Program-made: the position numbers and the translations under genes
The notes under the pieces: generated by a model
Seen by the model: only the letters and a program-made list of their open reading frames with translations
Databases searched by the model: none
Told to the model about the DNA's origin: nothing
Shown: in pieces, positions 14,095 to 32,789 of the stretch
Position numbering within the stretch: the stretch's first letter is position 1
How the letters are laid out: every line of letters starts with the position of its first letter
Assembly (NCBI RefSeq): GCF_009914755.1
Contig: NC_060936.1
Strand: one strand, 5' to 3'
Source of the DNA: the human T2T-CHM13v2.0 reference genome, Homo sapiens
DNA length: 64,000 bases

Positions 14095-16896
14095 TTATGA
14101 ATGACTGACTTTAATCCAAAAGCATTTACAGTGCATATCAGGGGGAATAGAAGAATAAAAAAAAGAATGACATGTTATTTTGACTTTAGAAAACTTATAC
14201 TAAAGGAGATAACACACATAAATATATAAATGAAAGAGTGAAGAATATTAAGTACAAGGAAGGGAGAATGTGCTTTTGTCTAGGCAACTGGGAAAGCTTT
14301 GTAAATAGTGGTGGCATTTAAACAGGGCTCTAAAGGAGAAGAACTATTTATACATGCATAAAAGGAAGGAGACAGAGGCAAAAGAGCAGGAGGGAAGGAT
14401 ATTAGAGACAGAAGAAATCACCAGGTCAGGCAGTGTCCAATTTCGCTCAAGCACAGGATGTGCTAGATTCCAACATCCTGGGAGCCTTGGATTCTTTGTT
14501 AATGTAGCTCTTTTCATGGTAGTGGAGAGCCTTGGATGTTTTTGAGCAGAAGAATCAAATGAAAACAAGTGTTTCTCTAGAAAGGAACTTTAGTTGTGAT
14601 ACAGAGAATGGTTTGGGGTCAGGGTGGGGAATTAGAAACAGGAAAGTCTAGTGATGTAGTCCAGGTAAATGGAAAGGAGGCTTGAATTAGAATTGTGACA
14701 ACAACAACAGAGAACTGACAAGTAAGAAAGATTGACAAAATGTGGCTACTAGCAAAATATGAAATGTGAGGGAAATAAGTCAATGTTGCCTCTGAAATTT
14801 CATGCCTGGGCAAACTGAGAGTGGTACAGTTTAAATGAAATAGAGAGGAAAAGTCTCATTTAATTTTGGACGGATTTAACTGCAGATTAGATACAGGTAT
14901 GGTGAGAATTAGTGAACTGGAAAATAATTATTCAGAAATCAACTTAAAATAGGAATATGTGAAAGAGAGTTGAGAAACATGGAGAATCATGAGAAGACTT
15001 GACATATCTCTAAAAGTTCTGAAAGGGAGGAAAGGAATGAAAATAGAGCAGAGGCAAACAAACAAAACAAGAGTTAGCATCAGCAGAAATTCCAAAAAGT
15101 TCCATTTAGGCAGAAGGAAAGTGACCACAAATAGAAGATTTAAATGGTAAGTAGGTGGATAAATCTCAACAAAAATTATATAAAGCAACAGAAATAATAG
15201 CGATAATATCTTACACATTAAAAAATAGAACGATAATATTTTCCAACAGCAGAATATAATTCAGGAAAGAAGTAATTAGAATTAAGGTGTTCTTAATGAT
15301 CTTAGTAGAAAGGGCATAGAGATTAGCTTCAGAGTTTGACAAATTATGTTGTAAGTTCTAGAGTAACCATAAAATGATAAAAATAGAGTTTGTAATTTCC
15401 AGACTAGTAGAAGGAAAAAATTGGAATGAGAAAAAAAAAGTCAGTTCAAAAAGAATGCAAGAGAGAAAGAAAAACTGAAATACCAAAAATGGTAAAAATG
15501 AAATACCAAAATAGCACAAAATAAGTTAGAAATAAAAATCTAAATATATCAATAATTAAATGAATTACAAGGGTAATTAAAGTCTCTGGAAGTGATCAGA
15601 CCATCCTGGGAGAGTGAATAAAGTAGAAGAGAACCAAGGAAGAAAAAGCAGGCACTTAAAAAAATTCATCAGAATTTCGAAGGTTCATTGTCTTTACTTG
15701 CTGCAGTGTTAAAGTAATTCAGTTTGCTTTCTTTTTCCAAATAAAGGAAAGTAACAATAAAATTATCTGTGTTATTGAAAAAAAAAGTAGTCTCAGCTTG
15801 GTGCCACTGTATGTCAAGTCGAACAATCTGCTCATATTTTCTAAAAGCTTATACTTTTAAGAAAATGTGATGTATTTTTAAGGCTTAACTAATTGGATAA
15901 ATGCATAAGCCCAATAAATTTCTAATCAGAGCAAAGCATAAGAGCATTTTAGGTGGAAAACTATTTTTAAAAAAGGTACAACAGAAATCATGGATCTTCC
16001 TGTTTAGATATGGTAGAAATGGATAAAAGTTACTGTATCTCTTCCAGAATGAGGAATGATTTCATGAAGTGTTAGTCTTGGCAGTAACTGAGGAAAGGGA
16101 CAGTGGAAATTTGACGGAAGAATAAAGTTGTTTATATGTTATAGCTCCTCCCAGAATAATGGTCCTCTTACTCTCTGGATTCTTTCTGCAGAGGAGAAAA
16201 CTGGAAATCATTCAACAAGCAGCACTGAAGTGCCTAGGGGTAGGTGATGGCAGCACAGAATCTGATGTTAGGAGATTATTCTTGTCTAAGGGTTGGGGCC
16301 TAGGGGAAATAATGCATAAACAAAAGACAAAAATCAGTGTAATAAGCACCAAGGTAGGTGCCTATGACAAGCACTGAGGAAACATGTGTTGGAGAATATG
16401 CTCTTAGGCCTCATCCTCTCCAGTGGGGTGCTGATGTATCAACAGGCTTTAAATGTTACAAATCTTCTATAAGAAGGAAAACTAAGTGATCTTAATGATG
16501 GTTTAGTAAAAAAGCTTACCTTTGGACATGTAGCCATGAATAAGAAATATCAAAAAGTTGTGGGAGGGTTTCAATCCTTAACCCTTATACCCATTCAGTT
16601 AAATCCTGAAAAGTTACTGTTATTCTGACACACTCCAGAACTAATTAGGAGGAGTTCTGCTAGGTTTATATTTAGGGAAAACCAATACAATAGAAATAAA
16701 ATACTAATACTCACTTGGAAATGAGTTGCAAAATGTGTTCCACAACCATCTCTCTAGTTTTAGTTACTTCATCCACACTGCCCTTACCCCAGATGCTCAG
16801 CTTAACTAACTTCAAGGGTGCTGTTTAAAAAAAATGAATAACTGAACCTGGCTGTACCTAGAAAAGCAAATGTTCTGGTAGCTAGTGGGTTTTTAA

Positions 16897-17240
<344 letters not shown>

Positions 17241-17774
17241 TCAAATAATTTTAATACAATAAAATAAATGCAATTGCATTGAACATTTTTCCTTCATAAG
17301 TTAAGGAAAACTGAGCTTAGAGTTTCAGTGAGGGACTTAGCCAAGCTCATTTAGCTAATAAGTGTTAGAACCAGGGATATTTACCTTAAAATTTTATACT
17401 TTTAGTCAGTATAGTTATCTTTTTATATTTCTAATATAAGCATTGGGAAATATTAATGATATTGGTAGATTGAACATTAAGTAGCAGAGTTTTCCATATT
17501 AGAACATCAGTCATTGCCAACATTTCATTTAGGCAGGAGCGTGAAGTAAGCCTTAGAAGTAAATTATTCATTTGGCCAGTATGAGAAAGCAAAATCTGGG
17601 TTTGTTTTTTGAGAAAGAAAACTATTCTTAGTGATTATGTTGATCCAACTTGAAAGTTTTTTTTTTTTTAGCCTAGCAAGCTGAAGTGGTTAACCTGAAT
17701 AAATAAATGTATATTTCTTAAGTGGAAATAGTTAGGAATGTATTTAAAATTTAATTTTTTTTTCCTTTGAAAAG

Positions 17775-17826
17775 GCAGAAGAAATTAGAAGTGGCCATGG
17801 AAGAAGAAGGATTAGCAGATGAAGAG
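17775..17826 (+). CDS. STK38L: STK38L exon 3 (52 nt)
   Basis: aaag|G CAG AAG... QKKLEVAMEEEGLADEE; GAG|gtaatg; phases 2/0 fit neighbours. Confidence 0.96.
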
Positions 17827-18376
17827 GTAATGTAATTACCTATAATTACTGTACAAAAGCACCCCCAGTGACTTTTCATTCATTTGACATCAGGTATTTT
17901 ATAACTTAAATAATGTGGATTTTATCATTTGAATATGGGCTTCTTTGTTGCTGTCATGGATATCTTTTATTGATATCTTTAGAAGGAGGCAGTTTTGTTT
18001 TTTTCTTAAATTCCAAGAACACGTATTTAAGAGAACATTGCCAAGTGTATTTTAGGTGTGTGGAATGAGAAAGGCAAGCTCCGGGAGGAATTAATCAATC
18101 GTTAGCTTTTCTAAAATTTTTTCTAAATATTCTTTTAAAGCTATCTGTTTCTCTAGTTCAGTGCTATTACCCTGGTTTAAACTACCATATATTTTAACCT
18201 GAAAAATAACTGTCCCCAACTGGTCTCCCCATTTCCCACCCCCAGTTTTTCTGCATACTGCAGCTAGAGTAATTGGTCTAAAAATAGATTTGATCATCTT
18301 ACTCTTTTGCTTAATAACCCTTCACTGGCTCCCTTATCTCGGGATATGGGCAAGCTCTTTAACATTGGTATACCTG

Positions 18377-18710
<334 letters not shown>

Positions 18711-18867
18711 CTAGCCTCATCTCTTGTCACCCGCCCCCGACGCTGACAAGTATGAATTTCTTTGATGTCCCCTGTCTTGCCTGTGGACCTTTTCACATGC
18801 TCTTTCTGCTGCTTGGAACTCTTCCTCACTCCTACCCAACTCCCATTATTCTTCAAGAATCTTTAGT

Positions 18868-18997
18868 AGCTGGGCATGGTGGTACGTGCCTGTAGTCCTA
18901 GCTACTTGGTAGGATTGAAGTGGGAGGATCACCTGAGCCTGAGAGTTTGAGGTTGCCATGAGCTATGATCATGTCACTTCACTCCAGCCTGGGCAAA
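18868..18997 (+). mobile_element. Old Alu right monomer (FRAM/AluJ fragment)
   Basis: gctgggcatggtggtacgtgcctgtagtcc...ccagcctgggca. Confidence 0.8.
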
Positions 18998-19555
18998 GCA
19001 GCAGCTTTAGGCCTCACTTCAGGCATCACTTCCACTGGGAAATCTTCCTTAACCTCTCAAGGTACCTTCTGTATTCTACTGTTCCTGTCCCCATGGGAAC
19101 CTTAAAATACAGTCTTCCCAAAGACTAGACACTGTAACATCTTGTTGAGCATTACATCTCCACAGCTGTCTGGCAGAGAGCTAGAATAAATATTTGGTGA
19201 ATAAACAAATAATGGCTTTTGCCCTCAAGGAGTTTTAGATTAGGAGAGGGAGAGTGAGTGAGTGTGTGTGTGTAAAAATATGTACGCATGATAGAATGTG
19301 GTGAACGTTGAAAATATAGAGAAGATTTTTCCTCTAATTCAGAGGATCAGAAAATGTTTCATAGAAGAAGTAATAATTGATTTGAATTGTAAAGAATGGG
19401 TAGAATTTACATTAGAGGTAAGGGATGTATACAAAATAATGAATACATGTACAGAATAATGAGTTTACATTTGAGCTATAAAGGGTGCAATAAAAGGAAA
19501 TAGTGAGGTAAGTTGATAGCACACCATGGAAAGCTAGGTTTAGAATAGTTTACTA

Positions 19556-19919
<364 letters not shown>

Positions 19920-22290
19920 GAGTTTCTATATTTAAAGAGTAGACCATCATCAAATGATTAATTGAAATCAAATCAGTATCTAATCTTCCCTGTACCTTTC
20001 CTAGGACTGTAGCTGTTCCTTATAGTTGCAATGTTTAAATCAAATACAATATTTTATGACTTATACTAAAGGTGGTAACTTTGTTAATCAGTTGACTCAA
20101 TCTAGAAAACTCAGATGTTTTTACATTTAAAATTATCTATCATTATTTACATGTCATTAATATTTTAAAAGCTCATTTATGTCCTTTAAATTTTAGTGAG
20201 AAAGGTAGTGATTTAAATCTGTATTCCAATCTATAGAGAAAAAATAAGACTGAGCATATCTTTCCTCATTTTAAAGTTAGAATTATAAATTTCTTATAAT
20301 TAATAACCATATAATTGCATTTATATATTATACATCATTATATTGATATAGAAATCTTAAACATAAGATCTTAATTTGAAGTGTAGGGGAAGAGACTGCA
20401 AAAACAGATGCCCAAACACTAAGCAGGCAACGGAAGTGAGATAAGCTGGCCAGGTTGGTTTCATAGTGGCATCTAGGGTTATATTCTTTTGATCCAGATA
20501 TACTTTGTTTACATATTCAACTTATATGATTTTTTTTTGCTTCCACAAAGAAATAGATTAATATTTTTCCTTTTTAAAAAATATTATTTTCTTAAATATT
20601 GATCCTTACAGTTTATCTGTTGGCAAAGACATGCCACTTTTCACATTGCTGTAATAAGAGTCCCAGCCCACGTGGACATGCCTCCTAGGGACTCGCATCA
20701 GTGGTGGGGACTGACAAATTAGGGAACCAAGGCTCATCTAAAGAGGATTGCTACCATTGGCCCCTGTGGCCAAGGCCCTGTTTTTCCAGAGAAGCTAGTA
20801 ATCTGGACTTTTTTTGCAGAATAACCAATCACCTGCTTTTGAAAAACAACTTGCAGTCCAAATCAAATATATCTGTAGGTTGAATATAGTTTGTAGCTTC
20901 CTGTTTGCAACTTCTGGTCTGCATCAGCAAGTACTGACTACATTTACAGCTATTTTCTCTAATTTTTCTGAATAACTTGTAGAAAATAGGAGATGATTTT
21001 TCCATAAAAAATAGTCAGTGGCCCATAATACCAGTTTATAAAACTTCTAATGTTTTTCTCTAAAAATGTTTTTAATTCCACAGGTGCTTATTATTAGGCT
21101 CCATGCTAGAGCCTGGATTATATCAAATTCTGTAAAATAGACAAGCTCTCTCAACCTTAATATAAAGTATGTTACAGCATCTTTATATGGGGTGGGTTTG
21201 ATAAAAAATAAAATTGTCTCATAAAAATAAAATAGATAAAGTTGCTAGCTGAACCCTTTTCATCTGAAAAATTTTGTATGCACTGTCTGTCTTATACAAA
21301 TACTGGCCACCCTACAGATGGAGAGTTTGAGGAACACCTATATAAAAAGGAATGGAGAAAGGAAGAAAAGCACTTTCTAGTTTCATCTCACTTAAGAAAA
21401 TCCCATCCAACATGGAATGTTATTTACTCTAATGAAAAACTAAATAGGCAAGTTCAAGCTATAAAAGAGAGTCGTGAAATGTTAAGCTGTCCACAGATTT
21501 TTATTGTCTTCTTTGAAGAGGAAAGGATGCGATTACCACAAGGATACTGTTTGTCTTTCAAGGCTACTTAATCTATACAGGTTGTGAGTAGATATATCAA
21601 CAGGCTTTTTCACCAATTTTTTTTTTAACATGAATTTGATTCAGCTACCTCTGGACTGCAACACTGATTCTAAGACTAAAATCATGGAATCAATTTTTTT
21701 TAACTAATGTAACAATGTTATAGGTGATGCTCATTTTTATAGAATTATGTGTTCCATACACTTGTGACTCTCTCTTTTTGCTATTAAATGGCTGGGCCCA
21801 AAACCACATAAATTGTGTGAGTGCTGCATTATACAAACTACTAGACAATTTATGAAACTGTGTATAGTGATGTCATCTTTTCCATTCAGATTAAGCAGGA
21901 TTTCTGCAACTATATCCAACTGTACTGTTTTATAATCTATAAAGGGAGAGATTCAAAATACTTTCAAAATTCTTATTCTTTTATGTAATTAAAAAAAAAC
22001 CCTCCTCACTACTTCCTTAAAGGACATGATACTATAGTGCCACCAAGTGGCCTTTTAAAAATTAGTCTTAAAATTTAAAATCAGATACTTTTTAGAGCTC
22101 TCTTTTGTTTTACTAGTAATTTATTTTTTTATTATTCAAAAGGTATTTTTGAACACCTATGTGCAAAAAAGGGTATTTGTCATTGCATTTAGGTAAAAAG
22201 CAGCAAAAAATAGTCTTCACTATTGTTTCAGGCCACATTTGTTTTCTTAATTATATCAATGTAATTTTAGCTCCGTTAAAACTGATATTT

Positions 22291-22349
22291 AAGTAGCTTC
22301 CCTTAAAGAAAGCAGGAATTTGCCAGTGTTGGTATTTCAGGAATTTTAT

Positions 22350-22350
<1 letters not shown>
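22291..22350. repeat. Left arm of perfect 60-bp inverted repeat (partner 24631-24690)
   Basis: Exact reverse complement of 24631-24690. Confidence 0.97.

Positions 22351-22351
<1 letters not shown>

Positions 22352-22389
<38 letters not shown>
22352..22389. repeat. (AC)n microsatellite in Alu tail
   Basis: Read directly. Confidence 0.98.
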
Positions 22390-22662
<273 letters not shown>

Positions 22663-23973
22663 TTATCGCCTCACTTCTTACTGAAAAAAATAATCTTTCA
22701 TTGTTGTTTGCTTACTTTTTCCATAGTACCATTGTATTTTATAATCAATATCAGATGTGGAAAAAGACATTTAAAAAAAGACATTAAAGACATTAAAAAA
22801 AGACATTAGGCAAAGCCTGTTAATTTGTGTACTTGATTTTTATCTTCATTACTGTCATAATTTACACCATTGGTGTGCCTTAGTGTATAACTTCATTTAG
22901 CTGTTTGAAGACATTTCTTGATTTCATCTTCTTAGATTAACTTTGTTAGAAGTATCAGAATTCCATTGCATTGATAATACATGTTTACATACATATTTCT
23001 AATTAATAGTTCACCTAACCCTTTTAAAAACAGATATATACAGGAGTAGGGAGAGGCTATACCATGAGCTGCATTTAGAAGCAATGTTTCTAAGCTGTTA
23101 CTGTCATTTTGATTTGTCTGTCCCTCCAAACTGAACCACTAAAAGCTTGGCAGGATTCAGTTGAAGATGAACAGGAGTTAAATTTTTTCACTGATATTGT
23201 TTCTTTTCCACTTAGTGTTTCCTCTACTAGGAGCTAACTATGTCCAAAAACAGAATTTTGATTGGTGAGGGTGAAAAATGAAGTTTAGAACAATAAAATA
23301 AATACCTGTTCCAAATGTAACCTGCAGGTATTTCACAGTATTGCTTATTAATGGAAGTTATTTTTTGTGGTCTTTGTAGAATCAGTTATGAAATTACCAA
23401 CTTGGATATTTTAATGACTTCTTCTTGTAATTGTTTTTGCAATTTTATATTTTCAGGAAGTTCTATGCCAGGTCTCAAGCAGTTTATTAAAATTTGCCCA
23501 AGAGTAAATTCTACCACAAGTAAATCTCTTTGGAAACACTACCATTATGTTGTTATTTTATTGTCACAAGTCTCAGTAGTTGTGAAAGAGCAACCTTGGA
23601 AATTAAGGAATTGAAGCAAAGCAGATTTCCTGACAGAATAAAAATCAGTATCAGAATACCATTAACATTTACTAACATTTAATTTTTATTTATGGAATTG
23701 TTACCATATAGATGAAAGAATAAGTTATACATATATATATATATAGACAAATATGATGGACTGAATTACATATTTAATGGAGTCCACCTCAAAAGTAAAG
23801 ATTTATCAGTTGTTAAAAATTTTAGAAAGTTTTCTTTAAATTGTTTTAGCCTAATAGTATATTACATATTAGTGCTATCATTTATTTTTACGTGTATCAT
23901 CTTTTAATACTAGAAGCTCCATCAAAACAACCTAATTATAAAATCATCCGTTTAAATTGTTTTTTTTTAATAG

Positions 23974-24690
<717 letters not shown>

Positions 24691-24747
24691 TTCTTTCCTG
24701 AACAAATAGTAGTGACTGTTTTATAATATATGTTTTTTATCTTTTAG

Positions 24748-24831
24748 GTGCGGTTGGTCCAGAAGAAAGATACAGGCCATATCTATGCAATGAAGATATT
24801 GAGAAAGTCTGATATGCTTGAAAAAGAGCAG
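24748..24831 (+). CDS. STK38L: STK38L exon 5 (84 nt), catalytic Lys (YAMK)
   Basis: VRLVQKKDTGHIYAMKILRKSDMLEKEQ; ttttag| and CAG|gtatga. Confidence 0.97.
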
Positions 24832-25010
24832 GTATGAGTTCTTTAACACATGTAATATAAAGGAGCATCCACTGACGCAGTGTTAAGAGTGTTTATATTA
24901 GAATTTTTAAGAAGCAGTTTACACATCTTACTACATAAGCTATTAATTTTTTGGTAGCCTGTTTTAGTGTTTCTCAGTTCTTTTAAGGTTTCTTCTAAAT
25001 TTATAATCTA

Positions 25011-25395
25011 TGTATGTCTGCTTAGACTTCCATAACAGAACACAACAGGCTGGTTAGCTTAAACAACAGAAACTTATTTTCTCATAGTTCTGGAGGCTAC
25101 AAGTCAAAAATGAAAGTTTGGGCAGGTTTTGGTTTCTGGTGAGGCCTCTCTTCCTGGCTTGCAGATGGCCACCTTCTCACTAAGTTTTCACATGGCCTTT
25201 CCTTGGTGTGTGCGGGGACACACACTCCTGTGAGAACTCTCTGGTGTCTCTTCTTATAAGGACATTAATTCCACCCTTATGACCTCATTAATTAACCTTA
25301 ATTAATTCCCTAAGGGTCCATCTCCAAATACAGCCTCACTGGAGATTAAAGCTTTACTCTATGAATTTTGTAGATGCATGAACATTCAGTACATA
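25011..25395 (-). mobile_element. MLT1 (MaLR) solo LTR
   Basis: gcttaaacaacagaaacttattttctcatagttctggaggc...ctggcttgcagatggccaccttctc. Confidence 0.85.
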
Positions 25396-26107
25396 CCTTC
25401 TGAAATACCTCCTTTTCTGACTACAATGAAAATAAAGGACAGTTCTCGGCTCCCAGAATCCCTGTCACATATCAGATAATCAAAACTAGTCTCCTGGAAA
25501 TTTGCTGATTTTACATATTTCTAAAATCTGTAACCTTGTAAATATTCTGGGCTCTCTGCATGTTTCCTGTGCCTTAATGCAGTTACAAGGGGTGGCTTCG
25601 AGTAAAGGAGGGATGGCTTTTTGAATATTTAAGGAGAGAAATTGTGAAATGGTCATTTTCAGGTGCGGGAAAGCAGACCTGCTAAGGAAATGCAGTTGAA
25701 GGCTCATTGAGATTTGCAGTCATGAATTTAAAGTGAAACCCATTGGCATAGCTGGGTGATTTTTCACCCTAGTTTCAGTTAGGTTAAGAAGGTAATAGGA
25801 ACCATCAGGAGACAGGGTTATAGGGGATTTTGTTGATGACAGGCTATGATTCCCCAGAGGGAAGAGGTGTGGAAGGCAAGGAAGGTTGAGATACTGAGTT
25901 GGATTAGAGAACTATAGATAATGATGGGAATATAGCAAGACCCCATTCTCCACAAAAAGGAAGAAAAAAGAAAGATAATGATGGCAATAAGGACGTGGGT
26001 AAAGATGCATAGCCTCAGAGACAGGGAGGGCAACAGGAATCTAACTTAGCCATAATGGGATTAGTCCTACTAGGGTATAATAGGAAGGACAGAAGGAAGC
26101 AGTTAGT

Positions 26108-26378
26108 TCCAGCTGTAGTGTAGATACCAGCCAGCCACATGTGACTACTGGGCACAAATTGGGATATCCAGCAAATAAGACTTGGTGCAAAAATAAATAA
26201 ATAAATAAATAAAATATTTCAATGATTTTTATATTGATTACATACTAAGGTGATAATATTCGGATATATTAGGTTACATAAACTGTATTATTAAAAATAA
26301 TTTCATTCTGTATGTGGCTTCTAGAAAATTTAAAAATTACATACATGACTTGTGTTACATCTGTACTGGACAGCCCTT
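26108..26378. mobile_element. MER33/MER3-like hAT-Charlie element
   Basis: agccacatgtgactactg...gtggcttctagaaaatttaaaaattacata...ctggacagc. Confidence 0.65.
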
Positions 26379-27427
26379 GGTCTACAATATTTTGTGGGAA
26401 GTTAAGGAGCCTCTGGACCACTGCTCTTTCCTGTGGGGAGGTGGGGGGCGGAAATCTCTCCGTAGCCTAACGTCTAGTTGCCTTTGCATTTTGGGGTTGT
26501 TTTTTACCCCTGTATAAATTAATTTGCATTTGTTACCACTGGATTTTGTTTTAGAAAGCTTTTTTCTACTCAATTCTAATACATCAATATTTTAACTTTT
26601 ATCACATTTATTTTAATGCAAACCACCCCCACAAAATTAAATACCAACTGATCTCCTCACTGTTGTTCTACCAGATTACTATAGGTCATACTTTCCAACC
26701 TTTGGATCCTGTTTTGGAAAGGGATCCTGTAATTTGGCTTTAAACCATTTAAAAATAATCAAGCCATGTTTATGTTGTAGTTGTTTTCCTTACACACCAG
26801 ATGCAACACCAAAGTTTAGGGCTTTTCCTTACCACCTTAAATTGCTTCATGAAAGGTAATAGGTAGGCACTCTTGCTACCACTTTTCACTTAATGAAACA
26901 GATCCATAGAAATTATAAAGTATTTTCATGCCAGAAGACAAGTTCTTACTCCTCAACTCTTACGCTTTGATCTCAGAATATTTACTGCACTAGGAGTAAT
27001 TCCAAATATGACACTTTAAGCAGATCATATTTTATTATCATAGAAAGGTTTACAAATGTATGTTCTCATGTGCTTTGGACCAGAGTTTTTAACGTTGCAC
27101 AATGAAAATAGCAAAAGCATAAATCAAATCTTATTAATCTTTGGAAAAAGTGTATAAATATATTAATGCAAAAGCATCTGCAAACTGACCAGTTATACCA
27201 ACCCCATAAATTATCCAGTTTATAAAATTTTCCAGTCTATAACATTTTCACATGATAGTATCTCTAGTAATTATGTGTCCGAGAAATCAGTGGCAAAATC
27301 CCCAAAAGTTACACAAATTTGCTTTAGCTAACATTTATAGATATGGTAGAGGTTTTATATTATAACAATAATATAACATAAAGTTACTATAATTGTTACT
27401 ATTTCTTTAAAAAACACCAAATAATGA

Positions 27428-27812
<385 letters not shown>

Positions 27813-28182
27813 CTGCTTACTACTTTTAACTTTAAAAATCACACTAGTGCCCTAAATTTATGTGACAAAGCCAGGATCCTAGGCTGGGTAGAGATTCTGG
27901 TTAAAAAGTTGTTAGACTGATTCTTGCTCTACCTCAGAGGCCTCAGCTTCACGTAATATACCTGTTGACCTCACCTTTTCAGACCTAAAGATATAAGCTA
28001 AAATAAACTATTTCTTGAGGTTCTCCATATTTGATGAGAATACGAACATTCATACATGTATCAAATCTTCTGAAACTCCATCTTTCCTTCATTAACTGTT
28101 ATGGATGGATAAGTGTAAGAGATGAGTTTAACAAATGTGTGATGTATTTACAATTATTTTTTTCAAAAATATATTCATCTAG

Positions 28183-28365
<183 letters not shown>

Positions 28366-28600
28366 TAATTTTATTGGTGAGGTTTACTTTTATATTCTTT
28401 GCTCTGAGGCTTTACATAGTCACAGTTTAAAAATATTTACTACCATATTGATGCTCATTTTTACCACAAAACAGATTGTTTTGAAGGAATTATAAAGTTA
28501 GCACATTTTAAATATTACCGTTCTGGGTTCACTGTATATAATTAGGTTGTTATAAGTTGTGTTAGTTTATTTTATGTTGTTACAAAAAATACCTGAGACT

Positions 28601-28900
<300 letters not shown>

Positions 28901-28999
28901 TACCTGAGACTGTGTAATTTATAAAGGAAAGAGGTTTAATCATTGCTCAGCAAAGAGGGCAAGGGGAAAAGAATGGCAATGGAGGGCAAAGAATTCTGG

Positions 29000-29347
<348 letters not shown>

Positions 29348-29752
29348 TGAAAAAAATGTAATCAGTTGTCAATTCTGTGTTGTAAGTGCACCAGTGTTTA
29401 CAACAGTTAAAACTGTTAAAACTTTTAAAATTCCTTGAAAATAAAAGAATGTCTGCAGGTGCCTTTTTTAGTGGGATAATGTCCCACTAAACTCTAAAAG
29501 AATATATTTCGTTTCCAGGTGCACTTATTCTGATTTTTTTGCAGTTTGACATTTTCCTCAGCAGTTAATTCTAGAAGTTGAGTGGTAGATATTACTTCAT
29601 TATCAGCTCTTTTGTGATTTGATTTCACATGGTCTCTGCCGTAAAACCATTAAAAGTCATGAAACTTCTGCTATGCAATAGCACTTTTATTTGTCCCAAG
29701 ATGTGGTTAGAAATATACTGGGTAGATCATAAAATGCAAACTCAGGAAAGCT

Positions 29753-30301
<549 letters not shown>

Positions 30302-30648
30302 TAAACTGGTGAATTACTAGGCTGTTGATTATTTTTTAGAGCAGTAGGGCTGATTTTGTGAATGGAAATCAGCAACTGCAATTTAGAATATTGCTAAACA
30401 ACATTATATGATAAGGTACTAGGAGAGGACTTGGGAATTAAATGACAACAGGGAATATGGCTCTCTTTTTATCTCCCTCCATTTTCTACTTTTAAAAATC
30501 ATCATCAGATACTTAAAATTTTACATTTTACGTGTATAAATCCCAAGCTAAGAATTTTTATTATAATTGCCATTTAATAGAGGAGTTTATAACAAGGCTT
30601 TTTGTTTTCAAAGTTAATATGATCTAATTTTACTGGATTTTTTTTTAG

Positions 30649-31155
<507 letters not shown>

Positions 31156-31654
31156 TAAAGCAAAGTGTTGGTTTTTACTTTGTAACTTTAGAGTAGTTTA
31201 CTGAGCATACCTACAAGTAAGCTGTTTACTAGTAATTAGCACTTTAAATAAAACTCACTGAGGTGAATGCAATTGTAATGAATGCCTTGTGATTTCCATT
31301 TTTCCATTTTTCATAACTGTGTTACAAATCCTGATACAACAAATATCAATCAGCAAGTAAGGTGGTTGTGAGTTTCTAAAAACTTCTTTATAGACAAAGT
31401 AAACAGGAAGTTTGGGATGTAAACAGTGTTACAATAAAACAGATAAAATTTGAAAAAGCTGGCTTTGCCACAGATAAATTTAATTACTCCTTTAATATAG
31501 AATTACATTATTTTTAACCCCATACTATTTCCTTTCTATAACTGAGCAAATAGAAGAATTGCTTCCCCTTTCTCCTCTTTCCCTTTGTCCTGTTAACATG
31601 GTCCATCAACAGTCTACAGGTTAAGAATGTGCCTTAGGATTTTCTTTTTCTCAT

Positions 31655-31770
31655 TTCTTATAAAATGCCTGGCACATACGGACACTCTATAAATACTTGT
31701 TCAACCAAATGATGAAAGGAAAACTAATTCAGCATTCCCTCAGGAAAGTAAACAGACTGAAAAATAATAG
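31655..31770. repeat. 116-bp direct repeat, copy 1
   Basis: 110/116 identical to 32674-32789. Confidence 0.95.
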
Positions 31771-32673
31771 GCTAATACCCTCTAAAACCAAATAAAATGA
31801 CCTTTGCATTATTGAGCTTATTATCTCATTAACCTAAGTAACTGCAAAAACTTGTAAAACATTTCAGTATTTTTAAATGTATTGAGTTACACATTAAGGA
31901 GAAAAACTTTGTTCTACTTTTAAAATGTGTCCATTTTAGATCAGGTTTTGCAATTGAGAATAATTGCAATATTCCCTATTTTTAAAGGGGAAAAACTGAA
32001 TACTGCTCAAAATTATGGTGGGGGAATTCTGTACCCCCCTATTTACAAAATATTCATGGGTGATTACTCAGGTGTGTGTTTTATTATTCTCATGGCCAGT
32101 AGTTGCCAAGCCTTAGATCGAGTGTTTCCCAAGGGAGAAGTAGAGAGGACTCAGTGTTTGGGGCAGGAAATTTCTTTAGCACCTGGATCCCCTGCCCTGT
32201 AAATGCCAGTTATGTCACTGAGATGACAGAATCTGTGGTCCTACATTTTGCCATGGCCCCAAGAGTACTACCCCTGGTTGAGAATTACTGCCTTGTAGAA
32301 ATCATTTTTGTAAGATTTTATATGAATTAAGAATTAAAAACTGCATAGCTTCCTAAAGGATAAGCAGTACCCTGGAATTACATTTATAATGAAAATACCT
32401 CATGCTTATTTTTGTAGTTTGTAGTTTACAAAACACATGCCGTTTATTGTTTCATCTTCATATCAACTCTATTAGGGCAGGTATTATTATTCTAGTTTTA
32501 TGTAAGCAGAAGCTGAGCCTCAGAGAAATTGAATAATTTGCCCAAGAACACATTAGTAGTGAGTGGGGAAGCCAGGTCTTCTAGGTTCAACTTTTTCATT
32601 CTTTTTGAAATAGACTGAAGGCTATATATATAAATAACTTAACTGAGCTTCTTGTGGGGGCAGAAATGATATA

Positions 32674-32789
32674 TTCTTATAAAATGCCTGGCACATATGG
32701 ACACTCTATAAATATTTGTTCAACTAAGTGATGAAAGGAAAACTAATTCAGCATTCCCTCAGGAAAGTAAATAGACTGAAAAATAGTAG
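32674..32789. repeat. 116-bp direct repeat, copy 2
   Basis: 110/116 identical to 31655-31770. Confidence 0.95.

Noticed and set aside
17771-17778. AAG/GCAG tandem acceptor at exon 3
   Set aside because: 4-nt offset rather than NAGNAG; would frameshift and nothing suggests use
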